A stretch of 63,900 bases of DNA, the filler included, from Choristocarpus tenellus KU-1152 (lineage: Eukaryota; Protista; Phaeophyceae), in NCBI GenBank assembly GCA_964200185.2. It is 13 parts of 13 records of this genome, joined end to end, with 100 filler letters (N's around TTAATTAATTAA, not from the genome) between each part and the next. Parts side by side here need not be neighbours in the genome. Positions count along the whole stretch, not along the records: positions 50,923 to 55,133 come from CAXNAD020015675.1; positions 55,234 to 60,852 come from CAXNAD020010227.1; positions 60,953 to 63,900 come from CAXNAD020023444.1; 10 more parts are not named here. One strand, given 5' to 3'. A program made the position numbers and the translations under genes. This document shows positions 51,122 through 63,369 of this stretch, one piece after another (the first letter of the stretch is position 1; each line of letters begins with the position of its first letter). The notes beneath the pieces were generated by a model. It saw only the letters and a list, made by a program, of their open reading frames with translations. It searched no databases and had not been told where the DNA came from.

Positions 51122-53052
51122 CTTGCAGCAGCCCAATGGGCTTTCGAACACGCCATATGAAGGGCGGTGTAGCCATGCATGCTAATTGAACTTGTGTCAC
51201 AGCCAGCTTCAATCAATACGTTCAGGATCCCCACGTGTCCTCTGAGGGCTGCAAGATGCAGAGGCCTGTGCTCATAAGAACAAGCAGAGCACACACACAC
51301 ACAAAAAGGAAAAAGGTAGGGTGGGAGGTGGGGGTAGCACCAAGGGACCAGAATAGAGGTGAGGTGTAATATGGAACGTGAGAACTGAGGAAGACATTTT
51401 GAGGAGACAAAATGAAAGGGTAAAGGGGGGGTGGGAAAAATAATCAAATTGGACAGACACGTAAAATACAACACCAGTACAACCATGTCAAAAGAACCAA
51501 GGCCTGAACAACATAATAGTAAGGATGGAGGCAATACACAACAATGGTACAGGCTTCTATAATACCACCACAAGGGAATAAAACAACAGTATCCCATATA
51601 TTCTTGCGAAGATAGATATGATGACAGGGCCACCCTAATTCCATCCCCTCACCCACTACCTGTAGTGCAAGCGCTCTTTAGCATCAAGGATTTCTGCGCC
51701 CCCTGGTGCTGCCAGCACAGTCGTTGCACAATCCTCCAGTCCCAAGTCTGCCGCTAGGTGAAGAAGGGTTCGAGAACGATCATCCTTTGCCGTGGCATCA
51801 GCCCGATGTGCAAGGAGGAGCTTTAACGCCCTGGTTTGTCCAATGGGTAGTACAGAAAGCCCAAGGGTGAGTGTCATAGCCATCACAACCAAGGTAGTGG
51901 GTTAGGGTTAAGGCTGTTGATCAGGAGCTTCTCACCCCATTGATGTTCTGTTGCAGCATTTCTTTCTTGTATGTCGTCATTACCCCATTGATAGATACCA
52001 TTATCAGGGCAGCATTCAGAGATACCGTCACCACTTCCCTTGCATGCACACCACTTAACCACACTCACTCGTGTGCAAAATGCCGGTGTTGCCCCACTGA
52101 ACCAAGACTAAGGGCAATGTGTGCAGGGGTAGAACCTTCCAACCGCTTCCCTGGAATGACCCCAGCCTCCAAAAGAAGTCTCACACACTCCAGCTGCCTA
52201 GACATGATGGCTACGTGAAGGGGGGTGGCCCCTTCACGATCCTTCTCCTCCAAATCCAGATGTGGAAGGCTGGGATCGAAATCATCCTCCTCCCTCACAT
52301 CCTATCATTAGTGCACGGGTGGAATTTTGGCGTTGAAAAACATGTCCGTTTCTAAACTCCTAGTTAAAAAAGGGATGATGCGCAGGCCATGGTGAGGGAA
52401 CAGAGCATGGGATCAAGAACGGTTGCCAACCATCAGCAGATCTTATCTTTTTGTGGGGTTCAGAAGACAATAGGCAGGAGGCAATAGGGACAAAAACATA
52501 TGCTGGGGGGGAGGAAGGAGGGAGCAACACCAAACGATTGATGAAACCTGGAGAGTGCATCTCTAGTTGGAATCGACCTGTCAGACCAATATGAAATTGG
52601 TCCCTTCTTTGAGCCCCTCAAGGTTCTTGAAGCAACAGTGGAAAAGCACGGGGCGACAAAAAACTACTAGTATGTGAGCAGAGGAAAATAAACTGCATCA
52701 ACCAATTTGGATTGGGACAAGGTCTGCTGTATTGCAATGTGGTACTGGAAATGGAGCGACCTAGGAGATCAGTTGTGAGACAAAATGGAGAACGCGAGAT
52801 ACCGAGATATTGCAAACGGGAAAACACACACTTCAGGAGGGTAGAACTCCAGTCGGCTCAAATACCATGGTCAGATACCTTGACGTCATTCCCGTTTGCA
52901 GCATAGTCATCGCCATCCTCCATCCGTGTGCTCTTACTTCTGCGAGGCGCCAACATAGTTCTAAGGTTCTCCATATCGCCATCCTCCACGACGTCATGAA
53001 CAGGGTAGAATCGACGGAGAGGATAGTAATCCTCACCAGAGGAAGAGCTCAT
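51122..53052 (-). CDS. Ankyrin-repeat protein, 5' part; exons 52879-53052, 52069-52301, 51660-51830, 51122-51265; continues past the contig end
   Basis: GATPLHVAI, STPAHIAL, RTLLHLAA, RPLHLAA and YTALHMAC motifs; GT-AG junctions are phase-consistent. Confidence 0.85.
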
Positions 53053-54286
53053 CTTTGGACGAGTCAGGAAGTTTACGACAGGAAACAACGATGAGGCCGT
53101 ATGTACGATGCTCAAGAGCTTGAGCACTTTGCCCTAGATATATGTATAGTAGTAATCGATACTTCAATATGTTGTGCTCAGATTTAAAACATTCAAACCA
53201 CTAAAGTGAGGGGAGAAGGTGTTCTTACAACTGTGGTCACAACAGGAACGTCCTTGGAAGTTGCGCTAGGCCTATACAAGAGAGGGGCGACACCAATTTC
53301 ATGTGCGCTTATCGCATTTGCTCGGAAATCCTTACGACTTCCTAACAAGGTCAAATTCACAACAGAAAAATGGAAGTGACCCATGTCTTAAATGTTGCAA
53401 ATACCCTGCAAAAGTCTTGAGGCAAACAGGATTGACCCATTACCCCCACTTCACAGTGATCAGCAGTCGACTTACATATGTGACTCATAACACATACTAT
53501 TAGCTTCCATTATTCCTCCTGAGTTCGCCACTGAACACACATTAACCACTGGGGATAATCGCAGGGGATGCGCCTGTGACGGTACCAATCCCACCCATTT
53601 AAAAAAACTTTCGAAGAGGATCAAAGGCTCGCAAGAGAGAAGCAAGCGAGAGCATGGAAGGAAAGGAACTACGTGAAGCAGAGTGTGATCACATACCCCG
53701 TACCTTATTCCCTCCTTTCCCCCCAACAATTTACCTCCAATTGGTGTGAGGCGTGGACAGCCGAGAAAAGCGGCCGTTTGGAGGGGGTGAGAGGGGGAGG
53801 GGGGGATGGGAATGAGAGGACAGGATACACGCCTCCCCGGAAAGATAAAAACTACCTCCTGTTTAACTATTCACACAAAACTGGGAAGTGTAAACACACT
53901 TTCATCTAAGAAGAGAAGGGTGGGTTCAGGGACTTCATTACATATAGTGGAGCACCAACTCGGTGAAGTCCCCCACTCACAGGTAGAGGTAGAATAGTTT
54001 TGGCCAAATATTTGAGTTGATCGTCTCGTTGTCATTCCGGGAACGTTTTGAACGTGACTGTGCCAGTGAGATCTGCTCCGACTTAGTTAGGTACGACAAA
54101 TAGGAAGTGGAAAGTATATCGTTATTCCCTAAGCGGAATCTGCGTTTGATTGGACGACGGTGTCCTCTTTCCCTTTTTTGACGCATATTGAGGTTTGGCG
54201 TTGATCTAACTCTTGGCCTCATCCTCACCCACGTATTGTTGTACTTCTGTAGCCTTCTGTGCTACATCGCTAAGCAAGAAGCAACC

Positions 54287-55047
54287 ATGGATTCTGGAAC
54301 GAGCAACCGAATCAGACAGATGGCCAACTTCATCCTGCAGGAGGCACACGAAAAGGGAAATGAAATCAACATCAAAACCGAACATGACTTTAATCTGGAA
54401 AAGCAGATGCTTGTGCACAATGCAAAGATTAAAATTCAGGAGGAGTATACTCAGAAAGAGAAGGAGCGTGAAATCCAGGACCGCATGTAAGACAGTGTTT
54501 TGTAGATACTCCAATATCTCCCAAGACGGAAACTAATAGTTATTCAATCCGAGTCCGCGGATGGGTAGGGGGATACATGCGAGGCGGATCCCTCAATAAT
54601 AGAACCTTTTGTGTTGAGTCATTCCCCCGTGCGTTTTGTACCCGTTGCCTTTCGCCCTCGTGCACACCGTTCACCCCAGTCCCTGCACCTTCTTGCACAC
54701 GACAGTCAACGATCGACGATGATTGGAAACTCCCGTGTCCAAAAGATGACTGCACGAGATGGACTGTTGCAGGACCTTTTGGCCAAGGCGACCGAAAAAA
54801 TCACCACTGTGTCCCAGGGTGAGGACTACCCAGACCTCCTCAAGTCGCTCATGGTTCAGGGGATGATCAAGATTGAAGAGGAGGTGCTGACTATGGTGTG
54901 CCGTGAGGCTGACATTGATGCTGTCAAGTCTGTGGTTGATGATGCAGTGGCAGAGTACACCGACCTAATGAAGAAGGAGGCGGCGGTTGATGTCAAGATG
55001 AAGGTCACGGTCAACGATGTACCAGAAAAGTGCCTCCCAGCGACTTG
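54287..55047 (+). CDS. ATP6V1E: V-type H+-ATPase subunit E, exons 54287-54486 and 54706-55047; 3' end beyond the contig
   Basis: IRQMANFILQEAHEKGNEINIKTEHDFNLEK...IQRSTMIGNSRVQKMTARD...LLKSLMVQGM...CREAD; phase-2 GT-AG intron. Confidence 0.95.
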
Positions 55048-55303
55048 GTGAGTAAATACCCCACCCCTACCCCATGCCCTCTCCCCAACCCTAGATCTGT
55101 GGTTTGTTCAACGTAGATTATTTCTGTTACATTNNNNNNNNNNNNNNNNNNNNNNNNNNNNNNNNNNNNNNNNNNNNTTAATTAATTAANNNNNNNNNNN
55201 NNNNNNNNNNNNNNNNNNNNNNNNNNNNNNNNNTAGACCCCCCCCCCCTCCCAGATACTTTGGGTCCAAAGGCCCTAACACTCGATTCATTACACTCGGT
55301 CAA

Positions 55304-55560
55304 CAATTCCCCACCCTCCCCTCCTGGGTCAAACAGCACCTGGTCACATATCAACTTCGTTAGTTGTGGGTGGAAGTTGATACCAGTAGTAGTTATGATA
55401 CAATTCCCCACCCTCCCTCCTGGGTCAAACAGCACCTGGTCACATATCGACTCCCTTAGTTGTGGGTGGAAGTTGATACCAGTAGTAGTTATGATACAAT
55501 TCCCCACCCTCCCTCCTGGGTCAAGCAGAACCTAGTTGTGGGTGTAAGTCGATACCGTTT
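55304..55560. repeat. Tandem repeat, 96-97-bp unit, ~2.6 copies, near-identical
   Basis: caattccccaccctcc...cctgggtcaa starts at 55304, 55401 and 55497. Confidence 0.9.
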
Positions 55561-55765
55561 ATAGCCATGAAGCAATAGTGGCGTCTGTCTATGCACTAAA
55601 TCTGGATCCCACTCAACCCCTTTAAAGAGAACGTTTTTTTTCTCAGAGAGTGTTTGCTTACTGCCACTCAGGCTTCATTTCCACCTTCTATGCAACTCAG
55701 CACCCTTTGTTTGACTGTAAACAAAACAGTAAGGAAAGATGCATGTTATTTCGTTCACTACTATT

Positions 55766-56024
55766 GAGTGAAAGTATCTTAGAGGGTACGAGTTTTGCCC
55801 TGTTTGTCCATTTGGGGCTTGGCTTCACATAGGTTTTTAATGACATTTTACCTACTCCAAAAATTTTCGGAGTAGGTAAGATGTGTATGTTATGAAAGGG
55901 TGTGTCTGGAACAAGGATATGGACGTTTCCCAACAAACATGATGAATAAAATAACATCAAAATTGCAACATTGGATTTTGACCCCCAAATGGACGCGGCT
56001 CTACCCTCCAAGATACTTTGATTC
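55766..56024. mobile_element. MITE family B (reverse)
   Basis: Both TIRs; TSD ATT. Confidence 0.9.
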
Positions 56025-57069
56025 ATTGTGGCATATAGGTAAAGTCTATTGATGTAGTTGCATATTGTTACTTGGACTAGTAATAACATAAATGAAACAA
56101 CAACCCTAACAATGTTTTCCTACCTCCTCTATCTTGACATGGCTAAATCTGTGTATAAATATGCCTGCAAAATCCCTGCCAATGGAATCTGTTACTCAAT
56201 TATCATAACTTACATTCCGTAATTCATAGTATGTCACACCCGAACCCTAGGCCCAAACATACACAGGAATGGTGTGCTGGTGAAATCAAAGTTCTCGTAT
56301 AGCAAATGGCAATAGGTAGTAGGGTGCAATGAATCGCACCACCAAACAGCAAAATGGAGCTGAGTTGTACACACAAACATATACAGGCTGTGGCGGTCCT
56401 ATCAGACATGGCAGCACAATCTCAACAGCTTGCAGATGCCTCTTTGTTCAGCCCCAAGCAATACTGGAAGATTTCAACACTGCTGTGCTCTCTCCTTGTG
56501 GGTCTGCCCGAGACTTCCATCATATTCTCTGCGACTCTGGACACCTTCAGGTGATTAGTATCGAAGGCTGGTGTAGTTTTTCAGGTGATCGAAATTGTGG
56601 TCTGAAAGACGTCCTTTGAGGTGGTGGTGCTCCTAAACACGCTAGAATACATAGGTGTTGAGGCAACTGCTTATCTTGTCTTTGTGCAGTCATACGTACT
56701 GCACTCTATTGTGCTTTAGACAAGCGTGGTGTAATAAATGTGAATAAACACCGCCTAATTGAGTCAGAATAATATATCAGCTACAAGTTTCTTCTTGTAG
56801 TTCAAAACCCTTCCAACACTGTCGAACGGATATAGCCCAGATGTCCAAGCTCGGGCTGGCAAGTCATGTGCGGTTGCTTGCCATGTGTCTGTCGAGAGGT
56901 TGAGCGTGTACTAAAGGGGGGCTAATATTCTCTACTTCTCACTTGTGTAGCTTTTATACTCTTTATTGGTATCGTAGGAGCTGTGTTTTTTTTTCTGTGA
57001 GCGTTTCGTGTGTGTATTTTATAATGGAATTTTCTTTTGACCATTTCATGACCTTTTTTTAATGTTTTT

Positions 57070-59530
57070 AGTAAGTTACATTGTAACTTCGATGAAGCCA
57101 CATCCTGTATGGTAGAGATGACGTTAATGATCGCCTGGATAGGGTCACTGTCCCCTTTCTCTTATGATGTAGTCGAATTTGGAGAGCAGTGGAGCCCCTG
57201 CCAAAGAGTTGACGATGTCGTAGCCCATACTGTAGTTTTCTGCTTTGCAGCATCATGATATGTTATTGATATTTTGTCGAAGACCTGTTTCACGGTTAGT
57301 TGCCTGTTGGAGATCTCCAAAAGATCATGGCTGCCACTTTGTTGTCTTCTTATGCTGGAGCATGGCCCGCAATGCCCATAACAATTACTATGACCTCTAT
57401 CCTGTTCCACTGGTTAAGCCGACTTTCATCTCGAAGACTTGAGAAAGCATGTTGAGGGCGTAGTCATCTGTGCTTAGTCACTCCCCCCCTTCAATAATTG
57501 AGAATTTACCGAGCAAGGGATGTAGCAGGAGGGCCGCGGAGAAGGTGTTTGCTGAGGGCAAAGGTCGATTTCTTTAACTGTGGACATGATACCTTGTTTT
57601 CCACACGCATGTAGGAGCACTAATATCTCCATCTTCAGGCTGAGACTTTTCGCGATGGGTTGCCTTCTCACCTTCATCACAACCTTGTCCTTGAAGAGGG
57701 TTTGCATGGAGGCAAAGCAGCTATCTTCACATACCAGCATGTGATCTCTGTAACACAGGAAAGCGTATTCGCCAAGTTGGCTAATGATCCCATGGTCCCA
57801 TAGATGCTCACCACAGAGATCTTGGACGGCCACAGCACTCAGTGAGCGCCTGTCATTCATAGTGGTTGACATGCCCTCCTTGGCGTTCTGCCTTGGGATC
57901 AGCTCCTCAACACTTTGGCCGATCAAGTTATTATTGAGAAGGTTCAACTACCGCAATGAGGTTACACACCCACCATGGAAACAGGAGATCGTTGATCTCT
58001 GGTGAGAACCCGTAGATTATCTCGGGATGAAGTTGATACCAATAGTACATTTGTGCTTTGATGACACACGTTGTTAGGAGTGTGTGCAATGGTGTTAAAG
58101 TTACTTGCGATCTCTACACTAGACAAAGCTAGTGGACCATGCCCACCTAGCTGTATCTTAAACTGATCCAAGTCTGTACAGGTGGGTGGGGCAATGCCAT
58201 TCACATCCCCTACAGGTACAAACCCACTCTTTGTCTACCGAAGGGAAACAAACATTAAACAGATGAATAACAATAGGGTAGTATTGTTAGATGATGGTCT
58301 AGGGTATGTCTCAATTCGTGTGAAGTCTGGTTGGTTATGTGACATGATTGGCTACATTAATCAGTTCCAGTACTAGTATCTGTTGTGTTTCATGGCACCT
58401 ACTCTGAACAAAAGCCTTCAAAGGGTAGCAAGCTGACTGAGAAGCATTTATCAACAAAGGTCCAGAGACCAGCATGGTCTCTGGATACAGTGACTTAGTG
58501 TTGATGGTCATCACTCCCTTGTGGATCTGCGAGACAGGCGTAAGCATGCTATGGCCTTTAAACCTGCTGTAAGCTGCAGTTTTGGATGCCACTGCAGGTA
58601 ACCGCATAGTAGGACATCAGGTTCATGCCAATGACGCCTGGACTGTTTGCAGTTGATTCCTCGGGATCGACCTCAATGCACCTGCAAGTGTGCAGATACC
58701 TGCCTCAAAGCGGAATGCCCTTCCAATATATGCACGCAGAGTCATATTGAACCATTGTACCTGAGCCTCTGTGCAAGCTCCCATTCCGAGTGCCCAACCT
58801 GGTCATTTGCAAAGTATCCAGCTTGGCAGTCAAGCCCAGCTTTGAGGCAATCGACCTGATGGATAGCAAATCCCAGGAGGATGGGATGATCTTGTTGAGG
58901 GAGGAAGTATGTGCCGTTTACAGCAGTGTTGAGTTAAAGTTCCAGTCCACAGGCCTCTTCTATTTGTGTAGGTTCCTCTTGATGAACTTCGACAGGAATT
59001 AGTGATCTTTGTCAGTAGTGGCGGTCATGTGGAGGACACCAAAGGCGTCGCATTTCTGGATCAAGATGAAGGCCAGGTTTACATCATTCAAGCACCCAAA
59101 ATCTAGCTTCATCATCTCGTTTTTTTGATAACAAATCACAACCTTGACACCTTCCTCCACCTTCCAGTTATCCTCTGAAACGATTCAAAGGACCCTCCCT
59201 AGTACAATGATCTAGACGAATTCGGGAACCCCGTTCTTCAGAGCATGAACTATACCCACACTATCCCAATCTGCATCTTCAGCAGTGTGATTAGGAATCA
59301 GCTTAAGTATTGCCTCCTAAGGTCCGCAATGAGACCAGTATCAGGTCATGAGTCTGTATTGTACAAGGATGACACTGTTTTCGGCTTTAAGGGAGTGATA
59401 ATGTGCCGGGCCCAGCTCTGGTTCCCGTCGGGCAGAAAAGCAGTCATTGACCTTCTTGACTTGAATGCACTCGTTAAAAGCATGGTTGTTCTCATGAAGC
59501 TCCTGCCCTTCCTGGTGCAGCGGTGTTCAA
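57070..59530 (-). pseudogene. Degraded family B DNA polymerase, virus-like
   Basis: In order: ExoII-like AFILIQKCDAFGV (~59040-59090); WDLLSIRSIASKLGLTAKLD (~58812-58875); ExoIII-like LRYN (~58760); motif A FKGHSMLTPVSQIHKGVMTINTKSLYPETM (~58473-58562); VEELIPRQNAK; motif B KISVVSIYGTMG (~57789-57823). Many frameshifts and stops; no clear in-order DTD motif C. Confidence 0.75.
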
Positions 59531-59544
59531 TCATCAGGGTCATT

Positions 59545-60190
59545 GTCCAACCAACCGAGCACCTGCATCAGTAGTGCTTGCCTCACTTTTGACAAGGGAG
59601 AGTACCGTCAAAACGCTCAGTACTCAGTTGTTAAGGATATCATTCCGAAGTCTATCGTTGAACAGACTTTCACTATCACCCAGATCGATGAGATGGCCCA
59701 TCTCCTCTACATTCATGACAAGGCCGAACCACACAAGTGCAGTTCTCTTAAATGTGCTCCTCACTGAGGATTGTCCGATATTCAGTCAAATCCCCGTATG
59801 CAATGAAAATGATGAGCAAATTTGCTTCCTCTGCAGGACCAGGAATGTATTGATCGACTATCAGGCTTCTCTACTCGTAACCTTGCTCTGGGGTTAGGAC
59901 AGTGGCTATGGCAAAGATGTCTTACTCAATGCCGTAGGGAGTCTGCTGCAGGGAGACACCTCCAGCTGATTGGCCGACCTTGTACTGGCAAGATCAATTA
60001 CTATGTTCGACAGCAACGTCAAATGCAAAGAAACTACAGAATCATGGCAGTGGACCTGGCAGAGGGTGCTGAAGGGCCTTGTGAAAAGAGCTTCAAAGAC
60101 GATGACCATAGGCTCGGCAAATTCCGTCAGAAGCGGCACGAACATTGTTGCTCAGCAGCAAGACCATTTAGTTTGACCAATTGGATTTAC
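59545..60190 (+). pseudogene. P-loop NTPase relic adjacent to the PolB relic
   Basis: Hydrophobic strand then Walker-A-like LLWG*DSGYGKDVLLNAV (59883-59935), with in-frame stops. Confidence 0.4.
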
Positions 60191-60952
60191 TAGAATCAAT
60201 AGGTAGTGATCATGACCACCATAGTATACTCTAAATCCTGGACTGCAACATCTCACAGAACTGCTGGTGACCAGACCTCTTGAGTTCATGCAACACTTGT
60301 GATAAACACAATGTCATTCCTTCATTCGCCACAATCCCCTCCCCCAACCCAGCCTCCAGATGATAATAGTGAAAAGTGACAGATAAAGATCGATACATTT
60401 TCGTCCATATTCACTACACCACCGTCCCAAAACTTCCTTCCTCTTAACTGGACGTATTGAACTTTGTCCAGGGCAGTGGGGATGCAGTCTTCTGCCCGAG
60501 AGTCTAGCACAGCCCATCATCTTTTCTTGGACTTTTCCCTTCCCCGTCTGGCTGGAACATTGTCATCATCTCCGAAGAAGCGGCAAGGGATTTTAAGTGT
60601 GCTCTATTCCTTCGCTGGGGATGGTGACCAGGGGCATTTGCATGTATGTGGAGGATGTTGTGTTGAAAGAGGATTTGATGATGGGAGGGGTCCCCATGGT
60701 TCAGGAGCACAACCGCTCAAAGTATCTGGGGGGTGTGTGGCGGCTGTCCATTTGGGACCCATTTTTCCATGTCGCGATTTTTAGGTATTTGGTTGCATGC
60801 ATAGAATGGATAATGTAAGTGCACTTCTCCTGATCAGGGTCTGAATGGACACNNNNNNNNNNNNNNNNNNNNNNNNNNNNNNNNNNNNNNNNNNNNTTAA
60901 TTAATTAANNNNNNNNNNNNNNNNNNNNNNNNNNNNNNNNNNNNNNNNNNNN

Positions 60953-61070
60953 CCCTTAAAACGTGCCGCAACATTTACAAAAAACATATGGGCACTTTCC
61001 GCGCACCATTTTGGGTCAAACCCATCCTCCATAGTATACTCCATCCTCGATTTTTAAAATCCATTGTTTA
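60953..61070. mobile_element. Right half of a family F hairpin MITE at contig start
   Basis: aaacatatgggcactttccgcgcaccattttggg is identical to the arm at 48992-49025. Confidence 0.75.
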
Positions 61071-61618
61071 GAGCTAGTATAGGTGGGGGCAATAAGCTTG
61101 ATTGCTCACATGGTTGAACCCATTCCTTGCACCTATCAGCATGGATGGGATAAGGTTGTGGTAAAACCATGTGGCGTGACAGAGTGCATTTAGAGTTACT
61201 GATGCAATCAGTTCGAAAATGCACTTACTACATAGGTTGCTAACTTGCACTCCATTACACCAGCATCATAAAGTGTAGAGAACAACAGCAACCTACTTTT
61301 CACTCTTTTAGGCCCCCTTACACTATGCCTCCAAACTCCTCTAATAATGAACACAAAGAAGAGAGAAACGTTGACTCTCTCAGCAATCTGTGCAGCATAT
61401 TTCCATTCCCAAGCAGGTTAACCCTCCAGGCATTGTACGCATCTCTTTCCAGGGTGTACAGGTTTAATTCAATAGCCGCTTTGCACTCCACATTCAACTT
61501 AGACTATTTCACAGCAAAAATCTCATTGGGGAAGTATAGAGGCCGCTACCCTGAACAGATACCTTTACAATCCTCCCAACACCACTTGTCATGATTAATG
61601 ATCAGACCTTTACAGTTA

Positions 61619-61878
61619 GAGCCAAAGTATCTTAGAGGGTAGAGCCACGTCCATTTGGGAGCCACAATCCATGTTACGATTTTGATGTAATGTTTGCTAT
61701 CGTCTATGTTAGGAAGTGTCAAATATCTATGTTCTGGACACACCTTTTTCATAACATACACACTGTACCTACTCCTAAACATTTTGGAGCAGGAAACTGT
61801 CATAAAAGAAGCCATGGGAAGCCAATCCCCAAATGGACAAAAAGGGAAAAACTCGTACCCTCCAAGATACTTTCACTC
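61619..61878. mobile_element. MITE family B
   Basis: Both TIRs; TSD TTA. Confidence 0.9.
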
Positions 61879-63369
61879 TTACAAACCCTCTCCCCTTCCA
61901 TTCCAACATACATACAACAATCCTCAATAACTCGCCTTTCTCAGGTCTACGATACATGCATTCCAAACCCTGATCTCCACCACTTTCAACTTCAAATTCA
62001 AAATTTTCAAATTCTCACCATACAACAGAAAAAAAAGGCGGAACAATCCGCCATGTCCTAAGTACCACTCCAATAGTATGGAAATACATTAAAAAGCTGC
62101 TTCCAATTATTCCTCTGATCAATCCGACTGGCATTTCTCCCCTTCCATGCACCCCTCCCCCTCCAACTCGCTGCCAAGAATGGTCGACACTCCAAGCCAA
62201 GATATACAATGATCACAAGCACTGACCAACCAGGCCATGGAGATCTCAAACCAATCCTCCAGCAAAACATCGTATCCAGGAACAGCTTAAGACTGCAACC
62301 AAAAACCAATGCTGTAACCCCATTTAGAACAAGTGGTGAGTTTCACTCCTACAGTATATACAATCAATTCAGTTGCATGGATGGATTGATTCTGCCTCGT
62401 TACAGATATTTCTGCTTCTGCAGGAGAAACCAGAGTGCAGCACTGTGACTGTTGGACTCCTCGAGAGAGATGAGGTCGAATGAAGCTTTTAATTCACACA
62501 ATCCGTCCACATCAGGACTGTCAAGAGGATAAATAAGATGGAGCTCACACAGATGGACGTCTATACCCTCATCTTCTGGGAGGAAGGGTGGAGGGCAAAA
62601 TCCGAGCAGTAATATGTTCTTGTTTTACTATGTTCTTGTTCTCAATTTTGACTCTTGGTGCTGTGATACCAATCTTACCACAACAATGTTGCAACAACTT
62701 GGAGAATTTCCCGTCATATCTTAAACTAGAGGAAAAATACCCCCCCACAAATCAAATCCACAGGGTTTCAGCATCCTTTACACTATCTGAAAGGGCAGTA
62801 TCATGAGGGTGCTGGATCGCTTTAAATATCAAAATGTGTTTCAATCAAACGGTGATAGAATAAAATATCTGTTCCTTTGCACTCCCCTGGCTACTTCAGT
62901 CAAAGATATCCCTCTCTCCTCCACGCAGAAATTTCTCCTCCAAGCAGAGACCCCAAAATCATATATTTGTTGCAATATACATTCGATGCCCTACTGCAAT
63001 TGCCCATCCATTTTTTCTTGCCCCCTCCAGTCCCCTCCCTGAATTCAAAAGCTTCTTAAAATCTCAACAAAAAAAAACTTCTAGACACTACTAAGAAAAA
63101 TAGTGCATTCAACAGAGCAGGGGGTATGTAAAAAAAACTAGAAAAAAGAAAAAAGTAACTGACATTTTTGCACCGACAGCAGAGATGCTCATACACATCC
63201 ATAGCATGATTCATCTAGCCAATCATACAGCATTGCTACGCAACAAATTTTTCCTTTTCTGTATACTATATCAAAGTAACTCAAAAGTACTACCAACAAC
63301 ATACATATGAATATCCGTACTGTACTCTAGGGGTGTCTATTGCTAGGGATCCAACGCAAATCCATGCTC

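Noticed and set aside
55304-55560. Possible CRISPR-like array (also the 22-bp repeats at 32465-32540 and the PPR DNA periodicity)
   Set aside because: Whole units repeat with no unique spacers, no cas genes are present, and the context is eukaryotic.
57135-57160. GDSD as PolB motif C (YGDTDS)
   Set aside because: It lies about 600 nt after motif B and downstream of thumb-like sequence, so it is out of order. Probably coincidental; the true motif C seems deleted.
4651-60952. Regularly recurring TTAATTAATTAA motif in N runs, and ORFs ending in XXXX/LIN
   Set aside because: Artificial contig linker. Adjacency across it has no biological meaning, so no multi-gene system spanning contigs is claimed.
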